DNA from: an uncultured Clostridia bacterium
GTDB lineage: Bacteria; Bacillota; Clostridia; Oscillospirales; CAG-382
NCBI GenBank assembly: GCA_947626805.1
Contig: CANQTR010000004.1
Location: 1-51,823, forward strand
Length of the DNA: 51,823 bases
Direction: 5' to 3'
Shown here: one piece after another, positions 47,583 to 51,823 of the stretch
Numbering within the stretch: the first letter of the stretch is position 1
Layout of the letters: every line of letters starts with the position of its first letter
The notes under the pieces: generated by a model
Seen by the model: the letters and a program-made list of their open reading frames with translations, nothing else
What the model was told of the DNA's origin: nothing
The model's database searches: none
Made by a program: the position numbers and the translations under genes

Positions 47583-48598
47583 CGCTGTACCCGACCGGAA
47601 CCGTCCCCGCCGCAAAGGGCGAGCACTTCCCCGACCGTCACGGCGTTGAAGTCCCCCTCGACGCTGTGCTTGAGGCAGGACGCGGCGACCGCGAATTCCA
47701 CCGCGTCCGCGCCGCGCATCCCGTCGGTCAGCGCGTAAATCAGCCCCGCGGCGAAACTGTCCCCGCCGCCGACGCGGTCGACGATTTGCATATCGTACTT
47801 TTTGGAAACGAACAGCTCCCCGCCGTCATACAGCAGCCCCGAAAAGCGGTTCCGCGACGCGGAAACGGACTCCCGGAGCGTGATTGCCACGCGTTTCACG
47901 CCGAACCGCCCGACAAGTTGCTCTGCGACGCTACGGTAGCCGTCGAGGTCTATCTCGCCCTTCGTCACGTCGCTGTTTGCGGCGCGAATGCCGAACACGT
48001 CGGACGCGTCCTCCTCGTTGGCAATCAGCAGGTCGACGAACGGCATCAGCCCCGCCATGACCGTCCCCGCCTTCTCGCGGGTCCAGAGTTTCTTTCGGTA
48101 GTTCAAATCGCACGAAACCGTCGCGCCCGCCCGTTTTGCCGCCTCGCACGCCTCCTTCGTGAGCGCCGCGACGCTGTCGCCGAGCGCCGGGGTGATTCCG
48201 GTGAAGTGGAACCATTCCGCACCGTCGAACACCCGGTCCCAATCGAAGTCGCCCGGCTGAAGTCCCGCCGCGACCGACCCGGCGCGGTCGTACAGCACCT
48301 TCGACGGGCGTTGCGACGCGCCTTTTTCGCAAAAATACAGCCCCAAACGCCCCGGACGGCGCAAAACGAACCGGGTATCCACGCCCCACCGGCGCAACTG
48401 CCCGACGCAAGCCGTCCCCAGTTCGTTCTCCGGCAGTCCCGTCACGAACCGCGTTTCCCGCCCGAAATTGCAGAGCGAAACGGCGACGTTCGCCTCCCCG
48501 CCGCCGAAGGTCGCCTCGTAACTCCCCGTTTGTGTGAACCGCTGGTATCCCGGCGGCTGCAGACGCATCATGATTTCCCCGAATGTGACGATTGCCAT
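47579..48598 (-). CDS. kdgK: 2-dehydro-3-deoxygluconokinase (PfkB family)
   Basis: FGEIMMRL, GGGEANVA, YDRAGS, DLNYRKKLW, VDRVGGGDSF. Confidence 0.88.
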   Translation of the reverse strand: MAIVTFGEIMMRLQPPGYQRFTQTGSYEATFGGGEANVAVSLCNFGRETRFVTGLPENELGTACVGQLRRWGVDTRFVLRRPGRLGLYFCEKGASQRPSKVLYDRAGSVAAGLQPGDFDWDRVFDGAEWFHFTGITPALGDSVAALTKEACEAAKRAGATVSCDLNYRKKLWTREKAGTVMAGLMPFVDLLIANEEDASDVFGIRAANSDVTKGEIDLDGYRSVAEQLVGRFGVKRVAITLRESVSASRNRFSGLLYDGGELFVSKKYDMQIVDRVGGGDSFAAGLIYALTDGMRGADAVEFAVAASCLKHSVEGDFNAVTVGEVLALCGGDGSGRVQR

Positions 48599-48633
48599 AG
48601 AAAACCTCTCCTTTTTCCGTTCTTTTCCCCTTC

Positions 48634-48662
48634 ATCATACCACGTTTCCGCCCGTCTGTCAA
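48634..48662 (-). promoter_or_regulatory. Sigma-A promoter of kdgK-birA
   Basis: TTGACA-17-TATGAT. Confidence 0.7.
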
Positions 48663-48670
48663 GGGAATCC

Positions 48671-48700
48671 GCATATTCTCCGCCGCCGCCGCATACGCAT
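48671..48700 (+). promoter_or_regulatory. Possible sigma-E (sporulation) promoter
   Basis: GCATATT-N14-CATACG resembles the TCATATT..CATACGAT consensus. Confidence 0.4.
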
Positions 48701-48730
48701 GGAACACCAAACGAAAGGAAGGACTTCCCT

Positions 48731-49201
48731 ATGAAACATTCCCCCGCCCGTTCCCCGCGCGCCGACCGCCGTGCCGGGGGCGGGAACCCTCTGTTCCGCG
48801 CCGGGGTCGGCGGGTTCCTGCTTGGGCTTGCGATTCTGTTCGCACTCGCGTTCGCGCTCGCGTTCGTCGCTTTGCAGACGTCCGACCCGTCGTCCGCGGT
48901 GTTCCCCGCCTCCCTGTTTTGCACCGCCGCGGCGGGATACGGCGGTTCGCTCCTCGCCGCCGGGACCGCGTCGTCGCGGGACGTCAACCCGTTCCTCGGC
49001 GCGCTGACCGCCGGGGGCGCGCTGACGCTGTTCGTGCTCCTGCTTTCCCTCGCCGTGCCGGCGACCGGCGCGAGTCTGCTGCACCGCGTTTCCCCCCTGC
49101 TCCTGTTCCCCGCGTCCTCCGCCCTCGCCGGTCTGACCGTTTCCGCCCACCGCCCCAACCGGAACCGCCGCCTGAAGAAACTGCAGAAACGGATACGGTA
49201 G
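48731..49201 (+). CDS. Membrane protein, TIGR04086/DUF3792-like
   Basis: Four hydrophobic segments and a basic C-terminal tail; SD AAGGA. Confidence 0.65.
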   Translation: MKHSPARSPRADRRAGGGNPLFRAGVGGFLLGLAILFALAFALAFVALQTSDPSSAVFPASLFCTAAAGYGGSLLAAGTASSRDVNPFLGALTAGGALTLFVLLLSLAVPATGASLLHRVSPLLLFPASSALAGLTVSAHRPNRNRRLKKLQKRIR

Positions 49202-49444
49202 GGGTGCGAAAAAGGAACGTGTGGGGGAACACGTTCCCCCACGCCCCCATTCCGCAAAATCGACTGTCGTCGATTTTGATGTCCGTAAAAAACGTTTCCC
49301 CGCGCCCCCATTACGCGAAAACGAGAAGTCTACGGTCGTAGACTTCTCGTTTTCGAATAAAACACCAAATTGAAACGTTTTTGAGGATTTTCAGGGGACT
49401 TTTTTCAAAAAGTTTCTTGAATGGGGCTTGGGGCAACGCCCCAA
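49198..49444 (+). repeat. Short family X element plus family Y copy 3
   Basis: GGGGGAACACGTTCCCCC, CAAAATCGACTGTCGTCGATTTTG, then TTCAGGGGACTTTTTTCAAAAAGTTTCTTGAA. Confidence 0.75.
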
Positions 49445-49464
49445 TGAATCCCGTTCTTCGCCCC

Positions 49465-50652
49465 CTACGTTTGCCGGAACACCTGCAAACTCCGGTCGAG
49501 GATCCCGTGCATTTTCGCGATGGCGACACCGTAATTGACGACCGGCACGCCGGCGTCCGCCGCGCGGCGCAACCGGCTCGCGACCTCGGCGGCGTTGAGC
49601 ATACACGCCCCGCAATGGATCACCAGCGAAAACGGCGAAAGGTCCTCCGGGAACTCCCCGCCGGACGTGAACGTATAGACCGGTTTCGCGCCGGTATACC
49701 CTTCCAGCCACGCGGGCAGTTTGACGGTCCCGATGTCCCCGCACTGCCGGTGGTGCGTACACCCCTCGGCAATCAGCACCCGGTCGCCGTCGCGCACATG
49801 CGAAAGCGCCTCGGCGCCCCGGACAAGCTGTCCGAGTTCTCCTTTATAGCGGGCGAACAGAATGGAAAACGACGTCAGAAGTTGCTCCGGCGGCAGGACG
49901 GACGCGACCTTCCCGAACGCTTGCGAATCCGTCACGACCAGTTTCGGCGGACGCGAAAGCGCGGATAGCGTTTCCCGCAATTCCGTATCCTGACAGGCGA
50001 CGAACGGCAGGTGCGCGTCGAGCAATTCGCGCATGACCTGCTGTTGCGGCAGAATCAGCCGTCCCTTCGGCGCGGCGGCGTCGATGGGAATGACCAGCAC
50101 CGTCACGTCCCCCGGAGCAAGCAGGTCGGCGACCAATTTCTTCGGGTTTTCCAGCGTTTTGGCGAAACTGCCGAGCCGCTCCTTCAGTTCCCGCACGCCC
50201 TCTCCGGTCAGCGCGCTGACGTACAGCCCGTCCGGCGGCAGCGGCGGTCGCTCGGCGAGCAGGTCCGCCTTGTTATAGGCGACCACATACGGCAGTTTCC
50301 GCTCCCGAAAGCGGGCGAGCAGTTCCTCGTCCTCCGACGAAAGCCCCGCGCGCGCGTCCACGGCGAGCACGGCGAGGTCGGTTTGCGCGAGCGTCTGTTT
50401 CGCCTTGCGGACCCGCAACTCGCCCAGTTCCCCCTCGTCGTCCAGTCCGGGCGTGTCGATGATGAGCACCGGACCGAGCGGCAGAAGTTCCATCGCCTTC
50501 CGGACCGGGTCGGTCGTCGTCCCGCGCACCGGCGAAACCACCGAAAGCGCCTGCCCCGTCACGGCGTTGACCAGACTGGACTTCCCGGCGTTGCGTTTCC
50601 CGAAAAACCCGATATGCACCCGTTCCGCCGAAACCGTTTCCTGCAAACTCAT
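49465..50652 (-). CDS. hydF: [FeFe]-hydrogenase maturation GTPase
   Basis: GKRNAGKSS, TTTDPV, DTPG, PKGRLILPQ, EGCTHH, HCGACM. Confidence 0.96.
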   Translation of the reverse strand: MSLQETVSAERVHIGFFGKRNAGKSSLVNAVTGQALSVVSPVRGTTTDPVRKAMELLPLGPVLIIDTPGLDDEGELGELRVRKAKQTLAQTDLAVLAVDARAGLSSEDEELLARFRERKLPYVVAYNKADLLAERPPLPPDGLYVSALTGEGVRELKERLGSFAKTLENPKKLVADLLAPGDVTVLVIPIDAAAPKGRLILPQQQVMRELLDAHLPFVACQDTELRETLSALSRPPKLVVTDSQAFGKVASVLPPEQLLTSFSILFARYKGELGQLVRGAEALSHVRDGDRVLIAEGCTHHRQCGDIGTVKLPAWLEGYTGAKPVYTFTSGGEFPEDLSPFSLVIHCGACMLNAAEVASRLRRAADAGVPVVNYGVAIAKMHGILDRSLQVFRQT

Positions 50653-50758
50653 AAATCCTACCCCTTTTCGACGTTGTTTCTACGAAAAATCCGAATCGCT
50701 CCCCGCAAACTTCGCGCGAGCGCCCGCATTTGCGCTTTTGCGAATCCCGGCAGGGGGT

Positions 50759-51823
50759 TCAAAAGCGGAAGTCCCGCCGCCCGTCGTTCCGAATCGCCGC
50801 GATGTTCCGCCGCGCGATTTCGCGGACCTTCTCCTTCGGGATTCGCTCCAGTTCCCGCTCGATGAGCCGCTCGCCAATCGCTTTGGTTTCCGGTGACGCG
50901 TAGTCCTCCAAATATTCGGCGAGGGTCATCAACGCGTTCGGGTGACAGCAATTGAGGATTTGCCCGCTCTTGCACAGGCTCATGAACCGGTCGCCCGTGC
51001 GCCCCTCGCGGTAGCACGCCGTGCAGAAGGACGGGATATGCCCGTTCTCCATCAGCCACCGGACGACCTCGTCGAGCGTGCGCTGGTCGGACACGTCGAA
51101 CTGCTCCGTATCGTGCGGGCGCTCCTCCTCGGCATACCCGCCCACGGACGTCCGCGAACCGCCGCTGACCTGGGAAATGCCCAACCGCAACAGTTTCTCC
51201 CGAACCGCTTGCGTTTCGCGGGTGGAGATAATCATGCCGGTGTACGGGACCGCGAGGCGAATGCAGGCGGTGATTTTGGCGAATGTCTCGTCGTCGATGC
51301 CGTTGTCGAACGCGTCCGGGTCGATGTCGTCGGCGCGCTTGACGCGGGGAACGCTGATGGTGTGCGGTCCGACGCCGTGAACCGCCTCAAGGTGTTCGGC
51401 GTGCATGAGCAACCCCGCAAATTCATACGCGTACCGCTCCAGCCCGAACAGCACGCCCAGCCCCACGTCGTCTATCCCGCCGTCCATCGCGCGGTCCATC
51501 GCCTCGGTGTGGTAATCGTAATCGTGTTTCGGTCCGGTCGGGTGCAGGGCGAGGTAACTCTCCTTGTGGTAGGTCTCCTGAAAGAGGATATAGGTCCCGA
51601 TTCCCGCCTCCTTGAGCCGGCGGTAGTTCTCGACGGTCGTCGCCGCGATATTGACGTTGACCCTTCGGATATCGCCGTTCTTGTGGTGGACGCCGTAAAT
51701 CGTGCGGATACAGTCGAGAATGTACTCGATTGGGTTGTTGACCGGGTCCTCCCCCGCCTCGATGGCGAGCCGCTTATGCCCCATGTCCTGCAGGGCGATG
51801 ACTTCCTTGCGGACCTCCTCCTG
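50759..51823 (-). CDS. hydG: [FeFe]-hydrogenase maturation radical SAM protein, 5' end outside the window
   Basis: IRRVNVNIAA, FQETY, GPHTISVPR, PSFCTACYREGRTGDRFM, C-PNA, RDFRF. Confidence 0.95.
   Translation of the reverse strand, partial: QEEVRKEVIALQDMGHKRLAIEAGEDPVNNPIEYILDCIRTIYGVHHKNGDIRRVNVNIAATTVENYRRLKEAGIGTYILFQETYHKESYLALHPTGPKHDYDYHTEAMDRAMDGGIDDVGLGVLFGLERYAYEFAGLLMHAEHLEAVHGVGPHTISVPRVKRADDIDPDAFDNGIDDETFAKITACIRLAVPYTGMIISTRETQAVREKLLRLGISQVSGGSRTSVGGYAEEERPHDTEQFDVSDQRTLDEVVRWLMENGHIPSFCTACYREGRTGDRFMSLCKSGQILNCCHPNALMTLAEYLEDYASPETKAIGERLIERELERIPKEKVREIARRNIAAIRNDGRRDFRF

Overview
High-GC chromosomal segment of a spore-forming, anaerobic Clostridia-like firmicute (spoIVB, hydF/hydG, ackA, THF riboswitch-folT, aro operon). 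Most of the window is housekeeping. No integrase, transposase, reverse transcriptase, cas, rRNA or tRNA gene is visible. The unusual content is mostly non-coding. (1) An oriC-type unwinding module (at least 8 DnaA boxes, GC-rich motif, DnaA-trios) lies at 4.65-4.82 kb with no dnaA/dnaN in the window. (2) A ~2.8 kb array at 6.7-9.5 kb holds eight copies of a 45-bp double-hairpin repeat and two extra 268-bp copies of the tmcAL 3' end that differ from the live gene mostly at synonymous sites. (3) A stand-alone protein with an IscB-like PLMP/RRXRR N-terminus apparently starts at ATC behind an ATC-initiated uORF. (4) Two families of REP-like palindromic repeats have covarying hairpins. (5) A probable Clostridiales-1-like ncRNA sits under a triple OmpR-family box. 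Two genes carry single-base frameshifts that may be assembly errors. All calls are by eye from the sequence and ORF track; no searches were run.
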